A program made the translations under genes and the position numbers. The notes under the pieces were generated by a model, which was not told the DNA's origin, ran no database searches, and was given only the letters and a program-made list of their open reading frames with translations. A DNA stretch of 64,000 nt from Hemiscyllium ocellatum (lineage: Eukaryota): assembly GCF_020745735.1 (NCBI RefSeq), contig NW_026867490.1, positions 310,001 to 374,000 of the forward strand. Reading direction: 5' to 3'. Numbering within the stretch: the first letter of the stretch is position 1; the number at the start of each line of letters is the position of its first letter. Shown piece after piece: positions 35,586 through 49,539 of this stretch.

Positions 35586-37679
35586 CGCCTTTCCTGTTGC
35601 TGACGTCCACCTATGTATGCTCTATTGAGGAGGCAAATGTTGGCATCCATCTCTGGATTGTTACTTCAATGCAATTACAGCTCCCCCTAAACGTAGGTGA
35701 AATGAAAGCAATAAGAACGCAGGGACTAAGCAAAGATAAATTAACGGCTCTGACAGATGCAAGCAGGAAATACTTTGGATTGTGTCCGCAATTTGATAAT
35801 AAAGGACTTGCAATGTAATTTATGCTTGCTACCAGCAGCTCCAGTTGATAATGGAATAAAGTTTCATTAGAGGATAAAGGGGGCATCAAATAATTTAGAA
35901 ACAGTTGTTCATCCACAGTTTATGATTAGAGCCTTGCATTTGGTCAGGAAGAAGTTCACCACATGGGTAAGGCAGTGGAAAAATTAAAGTCAGTCGCCCA
36001 AGGTAGGGATAAATCCCGGGCCACTGGCGCTAGGAGGCAGTATTGCTAATTAATGAGCCACAGTGCCGCCTCGTTTTGCAGTTCAAAATATCACTTTAAA
36101 AACCAGGTCAAGAAGTGATTACCTCTTTCTGTGATTTTGAAGGCAAGTATTTTTCAGTTGTGAACAGTCCGTGTTTGCAGAATTAGAAGGTGAATGAAAT
36201 TTTCGCTAAGCAATTTTGAAACACACACAAAAAAACAGATAATTTGCAGCTAAGGAAATGGAGATATATTTCCAAGTTAAAATTGTGCAAAGATTTCAAG
36301 GGTGTTTGTGGGTGGCAGTTAACTCATTCTATTCACTGCCATTTTCCATCCAGACATTATCAAACTCTTACTGGATTCACTCTAGCAGATTCAGTGTATA
36401 CATTTTATTTGCAGCCAGAAATTCATTTTCTTTCGGATAATAGACCAGAAGAAATAACTCTCAATTTCCCGACTGAGAATTGTATTAAGGAATAAACGAC
36501 ACAAGCTCTAAATCCTAACCACGGGAACATGAGTGATCCTCACAAAAACCCCAGAAAATTGACTTGTCCACGCTTTTGCATCATATCTTACGTCCGATAT
36601 ATCCACCATAAAGAATTTTATTTCCTTATATAAATATTGAAAGGTACGGAATGTTTTCTTGGAGCTTAATTTCAGAAGTCATGAAAATTGGGAAATTAAA
36701 TAAAAGAAAAATACAATCAAAATTATTAATCCAAAATAAACACAGAAATATTAATACAAAATTTGAAGTTCTGCCGTCATTTGCGGGGAATGAATTAAAA
36801 TTAATGTTTCGAATTCATTTATATTTTCTTTCAGACCAGTTTTGAATGTGAGTCAAATCGTGCTTCAAAATTCAAAATTGTGGTGCAAATTCTCCTGTTT
36901 ATAAATTTGACTTAAGCGGCAAAAAATAAATGTCAACAGATCTGGGGCAGATTCCCGAGGTTCTAAAATTCAACAAATCAAACGTATTGAAACAAACCAC
37001 TAGATTTTTATGCAGACAGAGTAGCAAATTAGCAATCTGTTGCCGTCAGATGTAGAAATGAATCTGAAGTGGTATACATCCATAATGCCACTGCTGACTT
37101 CACAGAAACACACGTATGAGAGAAAAAAATCTAAATTGGTTTTGAAACAAAATAACAAAGAAAAAAACAACTAATTGAGGGAAGGAGTTGAAATGTATTT
37201 GAACGATTAACGGGTAACAGCCTGCTGATGCTTGATATGACTTGATTCATTGTTATTGTATGTATTTAAATACTGTGAAAATTTTATTTTGCTTGCACTG
37301 TAGGCAGATCAGAATATACAAAGATTATAACACGACTGAACAGATCGAGGAATCATAGTTACATCGTATAGGAAAATGAAGACAAAGCAAAATCAACATT
37401 TTCCATTGTTAAATAACCAACAATTCTAGGGTTTATCAAAAAAGGTGCTGATTGCAGAACACATAAAGAACATAAAAATAACTGAACGAAACATTGCTGA
37501 GGCAAGTTGAAACACCTGAACTAATTTCTTTTCATGTCTTGTTGATAATGTTGAAGAATTTTAGATATATCGTAATGATAGTTCCAAAGTAATCGAAACA
37601 TATGTAAAAAACAGTTCAACGTATATGTAATAAACCAATTATACAATCAAAGAACCAATAAATGAACCAATAATAATAG

Positions 37680-37958
37680 NNNNNNNNNNNNNNNNNNNNN
37701 NNNNNNNNNNNNNNNNNNNNNNNNNNNNNNNNNNNNNNNNNNNNNNNNNNNNNNNNNNNNNNNNNNNNNNNNNNNNNNNNNNNNNNNNNNNNNNNNNNNN
37801 NNNNNNNNNNNNNNNNNNNNNNNNNNNNNNNNNNNNNNNNNNNNNNNNNNNNNNNNNNNNNNNNNNNNNNNNNNNNNNNNNNNNNNNNNNNNNNNNNNNN
37901 NNNNNNNNNNNNNNNNNNNNNNNNNNNNNNNNNNNNNNNNNNNNNNNNNNNNNNNNNN
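37680..37958. other. Assembly gap (279 N)
   Basis: N run. Confidence 1.
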
Positions 37959-38232
37959 GCCTGACAACAATTGGAGAGTCACCAGTGTGGTCAGAGATGC
38001 AAACTATAGATTAGTATCACATCTAAAATCTCTCCAAATTCACAAGCTTTCAATAGTTAAGACAGCAATGCAACAGGGCACAAGAGATGACTTTACATTT
38101 CACTAGTGCAAGTGCTTGCTCAGATTTCTTTCTCATTCTTGTTTGAGACAGATCGTAGCGAACTGTGCCTCTGTGATGGAAGAGAAACAGCGTCGGTAGA
38201 TATGTATGTTTTATTTACTCTAGAAGCTTTTA

Positions 38233-38991
38233 TCATTTAACATTAATGACAGTAGTGAAGGGACACATACGCTTTGTCATCACTTCTCGAAAATTGTTCT
38301 TGGACATCGCATAAATGAAGACATTGTTGCAGGAACTACGTATCTGAGGCAAGTTGGTCGTTTCTTGAAGAAAAATATCAGGGTCACTGAAGTCCAGGCC
38401 TTTGAAGGATCCTCCACCTAAGAGTTGCATATAAAGATAATGCCCCTCATAGCTGGACCAAAGGAGGAGGAAACTGAACGAGACAGCAAAAAGCAACAGG
38501 ATGGATGACCTGCGATTGGCCATCTCTGGTTCTACATCGTAGACCTGCCAGAAAGACGAAGTATTGGTGTAATGTCACAGAAGCAGGTCACCCCATCCAC
38601 AATGTACTGTGATGGAGGGACTAAGTAGACAGAGACGTTCTTAACACAGCTCAGATAACAGATCATTCCTATTACGAGCGTTGCAGTTTTCGAGTTGCTT
38701 TATCTGATCTTCAGCTTCTGACAGCTGATGGCCACAAAGCAATCGATGGTGAAAGCCACAGTCAATCAGACAGAGCTACCTCGTGGAGAATTGGCCACAA
38801 CACTGTTGATTGTTTACCCGGGGTGGGAGATAGGGCACTGTTTCTGAGGTAGACACCACCAATATGGTCGAGGACACTGCCAGCCATAATGACAAGTTGG
38901 TTAGCCATTGTGATTCCCACCTGCTAAAAGGTGACGCACAGAGAGTGCTCACTTTGCCTTTGGCACAAGGCAATGATCACCAACAAGTTTG
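38233..38991 (-). pseudogene. GPR139-like GPCR pseudogene (exon 2) with stops, frameshifts and an internal deletion
   Basis: Acceptor TTATAG|CA at the same phase-1 ANL junction. ANLLVIIAL..., LTVAFTIDCFVAISCQKLKIR*, then a jump to EPEMANRRSSILLLF...SSCNNVFIYA; the TM5 region is missing. Confidence 0.9.
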
Positions 38992-40344
38992 CTATAAGGA
39001 CAGTGGAGACAAATATGTTAAACAATGAATCCCAAACTCCAGTTAATTATCCTCCCTGTTTTGTTACTGAAAAGCTTATCTCTCCATCTTCATCCATCCT
39101 TTTACTCAATCCTGTTACCAAGCAGTTGGTTTTTCTTCAACATTCAGCCATGAATTAAACATTTGTACATATCGTAGCCACTCCAGTCAGCCCATGTGCA
39201 AACACCATTGTCTTTCCCTTGAATCAAATCTTTCCGAAGCTCCTCAGTTTAATCATACACATACTTGTTTCTTTTCTATCAAAGTCCGTATTGATACTGT
39301 CATCCTTTCTTTCAAGACAATGCATTTGTCTTCTGTCTGGCAATGCAGAATTTTAATAATGCTAACATTTTAACTTTCAATTAGCTCGATAGGCTCTCTC
39401 TTCACATCCCAGAGTCTCAATTTATCCGTAATTCTGCAATATCGTGTTTTAATAATTCTAATCAATCTGTCAGTGGTTATCTCGTGATCTTCCGACTTGG
39501 TAACCTCTGGAAGCCCACCCTCACTGTTCATATTTCTCTTTCTTCCTTTAGGTTGCTCCTTACAATCAAACGTGATGTTCACGAATGCGTCAGCATGTAA
39601 AACCTGATTCTTTCCAACCCAGTGGTTTGCTAGGCAATTTCAAACGGCAGTTTCAGTCCGATTGCTGCCTGTCTGCTGCCACATACAGACCAGTACGGGT
39701 AACAACAGTGACCTTCATTTTCTGAACTGCATTCGTGAACAAGATGGTATTTATGAAATTCCTCACTGATTATATGGCCATTATTATATTTTTTAAAAAC
39801 GCCACATTCCTTTATGACATTCAGATGAACTCAAATATTTCCTAATGACAACAACAGAACCCATAACAAATTAAAATCTCTGATCAACACTCGTCATTTT
39901 TAGACAAATCTACAAATACTTTATATGATACGATACTAATAATGACACAACAAAGTTGAAACATATTAGCTTCTAATCATTATATTCCTCCACCAGCAAA
40001 AACAACTGTGATTGTTGCATGTACACTTATTTTGCAGTTCATCTACTACAACAATTGCTTCTCATTATATATTGTGATTTGTGTAGAACGACCCGAAGAT
40101 AATAATTTTTCTACCTGGTATGTTACCACATGAATTTTAATGTGTTTTTTTTTTAACGTTTATACCTTTTAATATTCATGTAAAGCTGGTATACCAACTT
40201 AAATTTCATGGCATAAGTGTCCGCATTCAAAGAATCATTCTCCGTTATTTCAGACAACTGCAGCTGAACTTCCCACCAAACGCTTCTATCTTTCAATTTC
40301 CCTGTCTGCATTTGGCAAGGAGTTTTTTTTTTCTGGGACATCTG

Positions 40345-40560
40345 AGCCCATTGCTCGATCACCAACACCAATCCCACTTCCCATGTAACCGCAAAAATTG
40401 CAACACCTGCCCCTTCAACTCCTCCCTGCTCAACATGCAAGGACCTAAAGAGTCCTTCCAGTTGAAGCGTGATTTCACGTGTATCTCCTCAAATCTTTTG
40501 CATTGTGTTCACTGCATCGAGTGTGCCCTACCTTGCAGTCAAGAAAGCAAGCAAGACTTG
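40345..40560 (+). mobile_element. Penelope-like fragment (Cys-rich linker + decayed GIY-YIG)
   Basis: FPCNRKNCNTCP...GPKESFQLKRDFTCISSNLLHCVHC. Confidence 0.7.
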
Positions 40561-40949
40561 GCCTGTCGTAAAGCGACGGGCAGACCAGTAAAGAACAGAG
40601 ATTCCTTCCCCTTGCGGACATTACTAAACCATATGTGCCTCTTTCTTATAAACAGAAAACGGTGTTGTTTTGGCTGTGATTAGATTAAATCCTGTTTTTC
40701 CCTAAATTTAGTTTCCACCATTTGCCATTTGAAACCACCTTTCTGAAATATTACTAATCCACTGACATTATCACTATCTACACAGCATTTCCTAAATTGT
40801 ATGATATGTTGTGATGCAATTCAAGCATTGCACGAAGTATACCAACCTGTCTCATTGAATAAATAAATGCATAACAGTTCTACTGTTCCACAGACATTGC
40901 ATTTCCTGGTACTTCAATTACACCTGAAAATGTCATTGTTAGTCATATA

Positions 40950-41265
40950 AATAATAGAATACCGAGAGTGTGGAAAGAGGCCACTTGGCCAAACAAGTCA
41001 ACAGTGATACTACAAAGAGTAATCCACCCAGGCCCATTTCCCTTCCCTACATTTCCGTTGACTAATGCACCGAAACAAAATACCCCTGACCACTATGGGC
41101 AAATTAATATAGCCAATTCACGGAAGGCGGGCAAGCTTAACTGTGGGAGGAAACCGGACTACCTGGAGGAAATCCACCCAGATTCGGGGAGATCCTGAAA
41201 ACACCACACAGACAGTAGCATCGAACCTAGGTGAAGCAGCAGTGTGAACCACTGTGCTCCCGTGC
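40950..41265 (-). mobile_element. HE1-like SINE, decayed
   Basis: ctgtgggaggaaaccggactacctggaggaaatccac core. Confidence 0.65.
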
Positions 41266-42139
41266 CTCAGTGCTATGTTTAAACTTCTTCTACCTACTCA
41301 AAAGTTTCTCGTCGTCTCACGAAACAATAACTGGGTAAATAGTTTACTGTTAACCTGATGTGTTATGTATTTATAATTACAGAATATGATCACAGAATTT
41401 CCATTTAACACGATTATAAATGATCTTCAGAAAATATTGCCTGCACTGCAGAGAGCTTGGGTCATCCTTATGTGGTAAATCCATTTGTTCATAATCATGC
41501 AAGAGAGGCAGAATTGAGACACTATCCAAACCAAGGACCGATAGTTGAATGAACTTGGAAAGTAGATACATGCCTCTATATTTTAACCAAATTTGCCTTT
41601 ATGATGTATCGATTCAATGCCAGTTTGAATTTTCCCATTTCCTTCACCTCCACCCCCCAGTAAGGCAGCAAATTAAATTCCAACATTGATTCGTTTCAGA
41701 GCAAAGGACTTGCCATACTCATGGGCATTCTGTTACATTTAAACATTAGTCAAGAGTCTTCTGCTGTGGAGATTGTGAAATTAATATCTATCCACATCTT
41801 ACAAAGTGCTTATGTTTTTCTTGTATTTCATTCCCTCGAAGTGATTCAGAAGGCCAATATAAGCTTCATTCTCGTTTAAAGAGATTAAATTTCCAACGGT
41901 GTCATACTCCTTCTACGCAGGCTATCTGGATTGTATTGCAGGGTAAGGGGCTGAATTATAGAGTTTATATTTATGAATTGAGATTTGACACTTCTAGTTG
42001 ATTATACATATGAGTGAGATTAATTTTAAGTGAGCCACCCGGATCAAAACAATCAGTATAAAGAAGGAGAGAAAAATGTAGTTTCGATAGAGGAGCGTGA
42101 ATATGTTATTTATTTCTCACCGTTTGATGGAAGGAATGA

Positions 42140-42994
42140 CGGTGATATTAGACTGAGTACTAGTTTTTTCGACTCCACTCTGAACGTTTTCTTGGTCACC
42201 AAATAAATATTATTGCAGGAAGACCTTTGTATTGGGATGATATTCGTCTGCTTTGAAAGGATTTACTACATATCATTGAAATGCAGTCCACTTATGCAGG
42301 GTTCACCCAGAATCCGTACGTCGAGATAATGTCCAGCATAAGTTCTCCAGTGAATGAGGAAGCTGAGAAAGAAAGTGAAAGGCCAAACAGAAATCACCGG
42401 GTCTTTGTGGTTATCATCGCAACGAGGACTTCTCCGGGCTTGGATAGCTTCAATTATGTGTTTGACGATCGCAGCATTGGAAGTCAGAATGAGCAGTAAT
42501 GGCAGAAATGGTTTGAAGACGTGGTTCAGTCCTGGTAGCTCTGCCAGGCGGAAGACGTCTGAAAAAATTGACCTGACGCCAGAGATTCGAGGCACGCTAT
42601 CCAGCATGTTCAAGAGCCTGGAAGTTAAGTAAGACAGAGATTCTTGATGCATTTCAGTAGATAAGCTATTCAGTTGGCGAGCAACGCAGTTTTCACAATG
42701 CAGTATCTATTCTTCAGGTTATGGCAGCAAATGGCCACATAACGGTCAACAGTCAAGGCCATTATCATCCAAATTGAACAATTCCATATGGCGATGACCA
42801 GGACAGTATTCACCTATACAAGGAAATGGTGAGCAGAAAGCTTTCAGAAAAAATAGATATCTCTAATACCGTGGATAATGACAACAGTGATGTTGACATA
42901 GAAATCAATTACATTAGCGTCATTAGAGAGTAGTTGATGCACTGGTAAAGTTAACATCGTCTCACGGATAGTTTCATAATTGTTAACAAGCTTC
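42140..42994 (-). pseudogene. GPR139-like GPCR pseudogene (exon 2)
   Basis: LLTIMKLSVRRC*L; CSIWMIMALTVDRYVAICC (DRY at 42739-42747); FKPFLPLLLILTSN; IYLVTKKTFR. Acceptor decayed (CAA). Confidence 0.88.
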
Positions 42995-44689
42995 TTGTAG
43001 AAAAAAAGAGGATCTTTCCTGAGCAGATATCAAACACCAAATATTTCCTCATTGAAAATAGATTAAAACACCCCAATCTTTTACTTTCAAACGTCCTAAC
43101 TCTGATTTTTCTTAGGATAATCAAAATTTGTCAGTGTTCAATTGTGCATTAAACAATTGCCATGGAGTCACTGCAATCAGTCACTGTCTCAACCTCTGCT
43201 CGTCGGCCACTGACAGCATTCCATGCCTAACTATTGCATGTAACCCCATCATCAGCAAATTGTGGTCGATCCTATTTTTGAACCAATATCCAATCAAAAA
43301 CAAAACCCTTTGTGAACTGACGTGCATTTACTCGTCATCTGATAAGCTCTGAGTTTCAATAACCAATATCAAAGTACCTAAATAGTGGTGACATTCCTGC
43401 CCTAATTCATTTTTCAGTGATAACGGTTTTTCTTTTGGCGAATCTACAATTGCATTATTTTGATTTTCACTGAAATTAAATGCTCCATCGATGGCCTTTA
43501 TGCACTTAGGTATCAAGATCTTGATCTCTGGAACTTCGGACTTCTAGCAGTGAGAATGTCTTCTTTCCTTAAGATGTCCATGTAATTCTAACTACTTGAT
43601 CAAAAATTGACTCAAATATATCCTGATGTTTAATCTCGCTTGTTATCAGATATCTTGGTAATGCTGCTGTTAAGCTTCTCCACAATTTTAATCCGATGAT
43701 TGAAGAACAAGGTCGAACTTTATCGTCTCGTGTGGAATACAGAAATGAGCAAAACTCTGTAACTTTCTTGGAGGCATCCTGACTTGTGAATTAGTGACAG
43801 AAGTGAACGATTCGGTATTTCAATCATATTCCACAATTTTTGATGAACAATGCTCATCTCTGTTGATCTACAATAACGTTCGATTCCCTTGTCTAGCAAC
43901 ACTCGTTCTGCCTCTGACTTAAACTAACATTCAATGGCGTGCGATCACGTACTGCCAACGCAGCTTTCCGACTTCGCAAAACTATCAGCGATGAAAAAAG
44001 GCTCATGTCGTGTACTCTCAAAGGGAATGCCGAATTTGATAAAAAACGTGATCACTCATTCTGGGTTGCGAACCATGAGTAATTATCGTTAACACTCCCA
44101 ACTTGCCAAGAATATTCAGGATCTTATAGGCTTCAATCATAGTACTTCTCACTCTTCTGAACACTGCACATCATGCATAGGAAATACAACTAACCAAATG
44201 TAACAAAACCTATGAATCGAAAAGAAAGTGCAATACAGATTAAAATTCTTATATATTCATTCAAATCATTCAAATTTTTCTGCAATTAATTGTTATGGTC
44301 TTACTAATTATGGGTAGAATTCACTCGGGACTAACGATATTGCAATTACCAGAACAGGCATTCCTTTAATGGATGTTTTTTCTTTCATTTTACAACAAAT
44401 CTAAGATTAATTATGGACTATATTAAGTTATTCTTCAGAATAACAGTGCAATAAATTAGTTGTAATAAACTATGATAAGCTATAATGCAACACAGCACAA
44501 AATGAAGCAAGTTGTGTTTTACTATCTAAATAGAATAGAACCAAGATTCTGTGTTCAGCTTCTGCCTTGCACAAAAAAAAAACACGAGTCGGAGCAGCTA
44601 GTGCATGGCAGAAGGGTTTACATTGTTGGTTCATTTCAATCACTTTTGGGGTAGAAGCGACCTGCACAAGAAGAATCGATTGCACTTGA

Positions 44690-46625
44690 ATTGAAAAGGG
44701 ATAATATACTGACAGGGATATTTGCCAGAGCTCCAACACGTTGGAGAGGGTGTGGGGGTTCCAGCGAGATAGTGAGGAAAGAGATCAAACGGAGACTGGT
44801 GCATCCGGGACAAGAACGTGTCAAACAGTTGGGGCAGGCAGGGACAGACCAGAGATCAAGGGTGGAGCTGATCAATTAAATTGTTTTTATTTCTGTGCGA
44901 GAGAACTAACAAGGAAGGCAGATGATCGTATGGCATGGTTAGGAACATGGGAAAGGGATATCATACCAATTACAGAAACGTGATCCAGGGATGAACAGGA
45001 TTGCCATATGAATGCTCCAGGACACAATGCGATGAGTAGGTGAGAAAGAGCGGCAAGACAGGAGGGGGAGTGGTGTTTTCGATAAGGAACAGCATGACAG
45101 CTGTACTTACGGAAGATATTCCTGTAAATACATCCAGGGAAAATTTTTGAGTGTAACTGAGAAATAAGAAGGGATGGTCACTTTATTTGGATGGTGTTAT
45201 GGATCCCCAATAGTCAGCGGGAAATTTAGAAGCAAGTGTGGAAGGAGATATCTGTAAGAATAAAAGGCTGTTTATGGTTAATGACTTTAACCTTCCAAAT
45301 ATAGAATGTGACAGCGATAATGTTAAGGGTTTAGATGGAAATAGACTTCTTCAGTGTGTAAAAGACATATGTGAATGTATCTATGAGTGAAAGCGGAAAA
45401 CCTGACCTACACAAGGGAAAACATTCAAGGCAGTTGACTGAAACATCCATGGGGAAACATTTTGGGGCCAGTGACCATAATTCGTTTAGTTTTAAAATAG
45501 TGTTAGAAAGAGATAGATTGGATCTAAAAGTTGACGTTCTAAATTAGAGGAAGGCTGTTTCACGATATTTGGCAAGAACCTTCAGAAGCTGAATGGGGGC
45601 AGGTGTTCACAGGTAAAGGCATGGCTGGAAAATGGAAAATTGAAAATGAGGTAACGGGAGTCCACAGACATTATATCCATGTTAGGGTGTCAGGAAAGGT
45701 TGGTATGTGTAGAGAACTTTGGATGACCAGACAAATTAAGGTTTTGGTCAAGAAAAAGAAAGAAGCATATGCTAGATATAGACAGAAGAGGTACAGAAAT
45801 TCCATTGAGGAGTCTCAAGGCAGTAGGCATATACTTTCAAGGGAATACGGGAGAGTAAAAAAGGCGACATGAGATAGTTTTATCAAATAGGGTTAAGGAT
45901 ATTCAAAAAGGTTTTTATAAATATATTGAAGTCAAATCGGGAAGTAGGGAGAGAATATTGACACTCAAAGATCAGTAAGGCAACATATGGTTGGAGCTGC
46001 AGAAGATGGGTTAGATGCTAAATGAGTATTTTGCATCAGTGTTTGCTTTGGAGAAGGACGTGGAAGACATAAAATGTGGGGCAATCGATTTTAACATCTT
46101 GAAAAATGTCCATATTATAAGGAGGACGCGCTGGATGTCGTGGAACACATAAACGTGGAAGAATGTTACCAGATTTCGAGGAGTTGGGCAAGATGGAGAG
46201 CCTGACCAGGCTTGGGGTGTTTCCCCTGGAGTTTCGGAGGCTGAGGGTTGACCTTATAGAAGTTTATAAAAAACATGAGGGGCATGAGTAGGATAAATGG
46301 AGAAAGTGTTTTCTCTCGCGGAAGGGAATGTAGTACTCAATTGCATAGTTTTATGGTGAGCAGGGAAAGATATAAAAGAGACCTAAGGGGCAACATTTTC
46401 ACAGGGAGGGTGGTTCGTGCATGGAATGAGCTGCCTGGGGCAGTCGTGGAGACTCGTATACTTGCAGCATTTTAAACGCATCAGAATGGGTATATGAATA
46501 GGAAGATTAGAGGGATATAGGCCAAGTGATGGCAAATACGACAAGATTAGGTTAGGGATATGTGGGTCAGCATGGACGAGTTGGACTGAGGGTCTGTTTC
46601 CGTGCTGTACGTGTGTATGACTGTG
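44690..46625 (+). mobile_element. Decayed, internally deleted CR1 LINE
   Basis: End of ORF1, then FCARELTRK..WERDIIPITET; KKKKEAYARY; CR1 3' end. Confidence 0.8.
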
Positions 46626-46875
46626 TAACTCTATAACTAGGAGAGTTCTACAATCTCTGGCGATGTCATGTTGGAAAAATATTTTAACCTATGGTAAACA
46701 ATCTACTCCATCTGCTCAGAAACATTCGCTGAACAGCAGCTGCACTGCTCTATTTATTTTCATTGAATGCAATTACTGTAAAAAAAAACTAATTATCTCC
46801 CTGCAGACTTTCCACCCGATATAAACATGATCATTTTGCAGCGGAGTACGTAGTGCACCACAGTTTGTGCTGGAA

Positions 46876-46945
46876 ATGCACGGAATACCGAAAGGTCTGG
46901 CATTTGCCATTTACTATCCCGTTCTTGCAACAATCGGAGTGCCAG
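46876..46945 (+). CDS. Orphan class-A GPCR gene 2, coding exon 1
   Basis: MHGIPKGLAFAIYYPVLATIGVP+G|GTGAAG; 70 nt. Confidence 0.9.
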
Positions 46946-49539
46946 GTGAAGTATGGAACTTCAGTCATACGTGGATCATCGGTCGACTTCATCAATTCTT
47001 CATTTTTCCAATAACTCAATTCCATGATATATATCCTTTCTGATTTTCACTAGCTATGTCGTCATTTCAGTGGTATAAATTGTTCTGCTTTTGTGATAGT
47101 ACTTCTGCCTTTTTACACTTTCATTCGTCCACTCTAACAATGTTTGTTTGCCAGTTAATCTTATAATTTACGTCATGAACAGACATGTTTTTTCTCCAAA
47201 TAATGGTGTTAATTTCGCTCATTTAACGTGTTATTTTGCCAGCTTTTGCCCGTGGTTGCTTCTCATGTCATGGTCAATTTGCCCCTTTAATGCTTATGGA
47301 ACTTTTTGTGACCAGAGACACTTCAACATTTTACACTTTCCCTCATTTATACTTTCCCTCATTTATCCTTATAACTTCAAAATACAAACATGGTTTTGTT
47401 GATTTTTCACAGTCTGTTTTAAGGATTTATAGCATTGTTATCTCGGTTGAATGCGATTATTAAATGCATTCAATGCAAGCGTTGCATTTTTTGCAACGCT
47501 TTTAAGGGCCACTTACCACAAAAGTACTGCAATTTAAACGTGCTACATTTAGCATTGCCAATATTGCTTTGGGAAAGTTACTATAATATTATCACAATGC
47601 AAATGGATCCCTCGTGTTTTTGGCGCTGTTTCAGATGGTGACTGATCACATTGTTATCAGCATGAACGTGTGGATGCATTATGTTGATCCATTTTTTACT
47701 GTGGGCATATTATGAGGGTGGAAATGGAGACCTATTGTTTAGTGGACTGCATAACTCTGACAGAGTAATTTTGAAAACGATTCACTGGATGAGAGCGTGG
47801 GACTTTTACACGATTGAACCAGAGAGCCCAGATGCCTCCCAGTGGGCCAGTATTTATTGCTATTTCCTTGTTGCCCTTACAAAGGCAACAGATAGTTCCA
47901 TTCCAGAACTGTGGTAATCATTAAGTTTAGTTTGACACGTAATGCCCAGGATTTGACCTCCTTCCTAATGGCATTATTGTGAATCTGAAGAAAAATTAGT
48001 GCAATGAAGCAAGAAGACAAATCACCACCTTCTGCAGAACAACGAGTGACAAGTAATTAAGAGAAATTGTTTCAATCAATGAAGCACTATTATGCATTGT
48101 GTTATGACTATTGTTTCTGCGAGGGGATGGTCACCTTGCTATCATGGTTTCAATTAATTAGTAACGGAGTGATTTCCAGAAATTAGAGCTTGAGATCTTT
48201 GACTCAGAGAGTTAATGCATTTGAGTGATTTAATTTTCGAGTTGTTGGCAGATATTGAAGGAAGATATTTTTCCCAGATTGGTTGTTTTTTCTTTGTCCC
48301 GATCTCACAGTGCACTGTTTCTGCTTTCAGAGTGTCGTTTGTAGGTCTGCCATTACACATTGATTACTGTTCATGCTTCCGTATGTATGTCCATTGAGGC
48401 ATAATTTTGTTCTGCTCCAAACACCCTGCAATGCCTCATATTCTCCCCTGGACGATTGACCTAAAAGCAATGAGGCAGTATAAACGTGATTTTGTCAGTA
48501 AAATCGAAATTACTGATTACTTGCCCTTTTTTCTGAAATGGTGACATGACAAGTGAATGCGGAGGAACAGCCAGATGCACCCATATTTCTAAAATGTATT
48601 AGGCAAGCTACCATATCATATTCATTGTGGAGAATGAACTACCATGATGCAAGTTTGAGTGTGTTTGCATACGTAGATGAGTTTGCGAACAGGGAGAAAT
48701 GTGTAAGTAAAAATGGATCTTGTTTTCCTAAGCTGCAAAGCTTGGCATTTCGCAAGAGTCAGTGATGAGGCTTCTAAATGTTGCAGTGTTGATGAATGTC
48801 ATGGTCAATAGTACGAATGTATGGTTTCCAAACATGATAAACAACTGGATGTAGATTTGCTGGCTGAACTGGAAACTGAAAACGAATCTCCCAACTGAGC
48901 GAGCAAACCTATATCCAAAACCTCAACATGAGCTACAAATCTTCTCAAAACTCGCTAATAATGAGCAACAAAAAGAGGTTTGAACTAACTTTGTGAAGAG
49001 AATATGAGCAGGTTACGAGAGAAAAGTAGTTTCAGTGAATAGATAAAACTGTGAAAATTGGAGTATAATGCGAAATAAATGTGAACACGCCCATTTTGGA
49101 AGAAAGAATAAGCAGGGTATCCATATGATGAGAGCTTGCAGAGTTTTAGGCTGGGGATATTCCCATGTAAGTGGATCACCAAATGCAAGTGTGCAGGTGC
49201 ATCAAGTAACTGGGAAGTGAATAGAAATTACTATTAATGTCGAGAGAAATTGAATTCAAAAACAGTGGAGTTGTGCTTCATTTTCAAGGGCATAATGAGT
49301 CCACATGTAAACTATTGACGACAACACTGGTGCCCTTCTTTAAGGAATGTTATCAATGATTTGGAAACAGTTCAGATAATGGATTATTTACCTGACTGAT
49401 TCCTGGAAAGGCAGTTCTGCCCAGCAAGTGCTTGTGATGATCAGCTGACGAACTCGGTACTACTGTTGCATCCTGTCCACTTTTACTTCCGAAACAATAG
49501 AAATGCAAATTGGCCACTTATCTCCTTCCACTTCAGACC

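Noticed and set aside
35611-35916. Minus-strand ORF loosely like GPCR TM1-TM2
   Set aside because: Similarity too weak; no DRY or TM3 continuation.
36512-36550. Perfect nonamer ACAAAAACC at 36542
   Set aside because: No heptamer at 12 or 23 nt spacing.
48281-48319. RSS-like AACAGTG-23-AAAACAACC (minus strand)
   Set aside because: The essential first C is missing and there is no adjacent V or J coding sequence.
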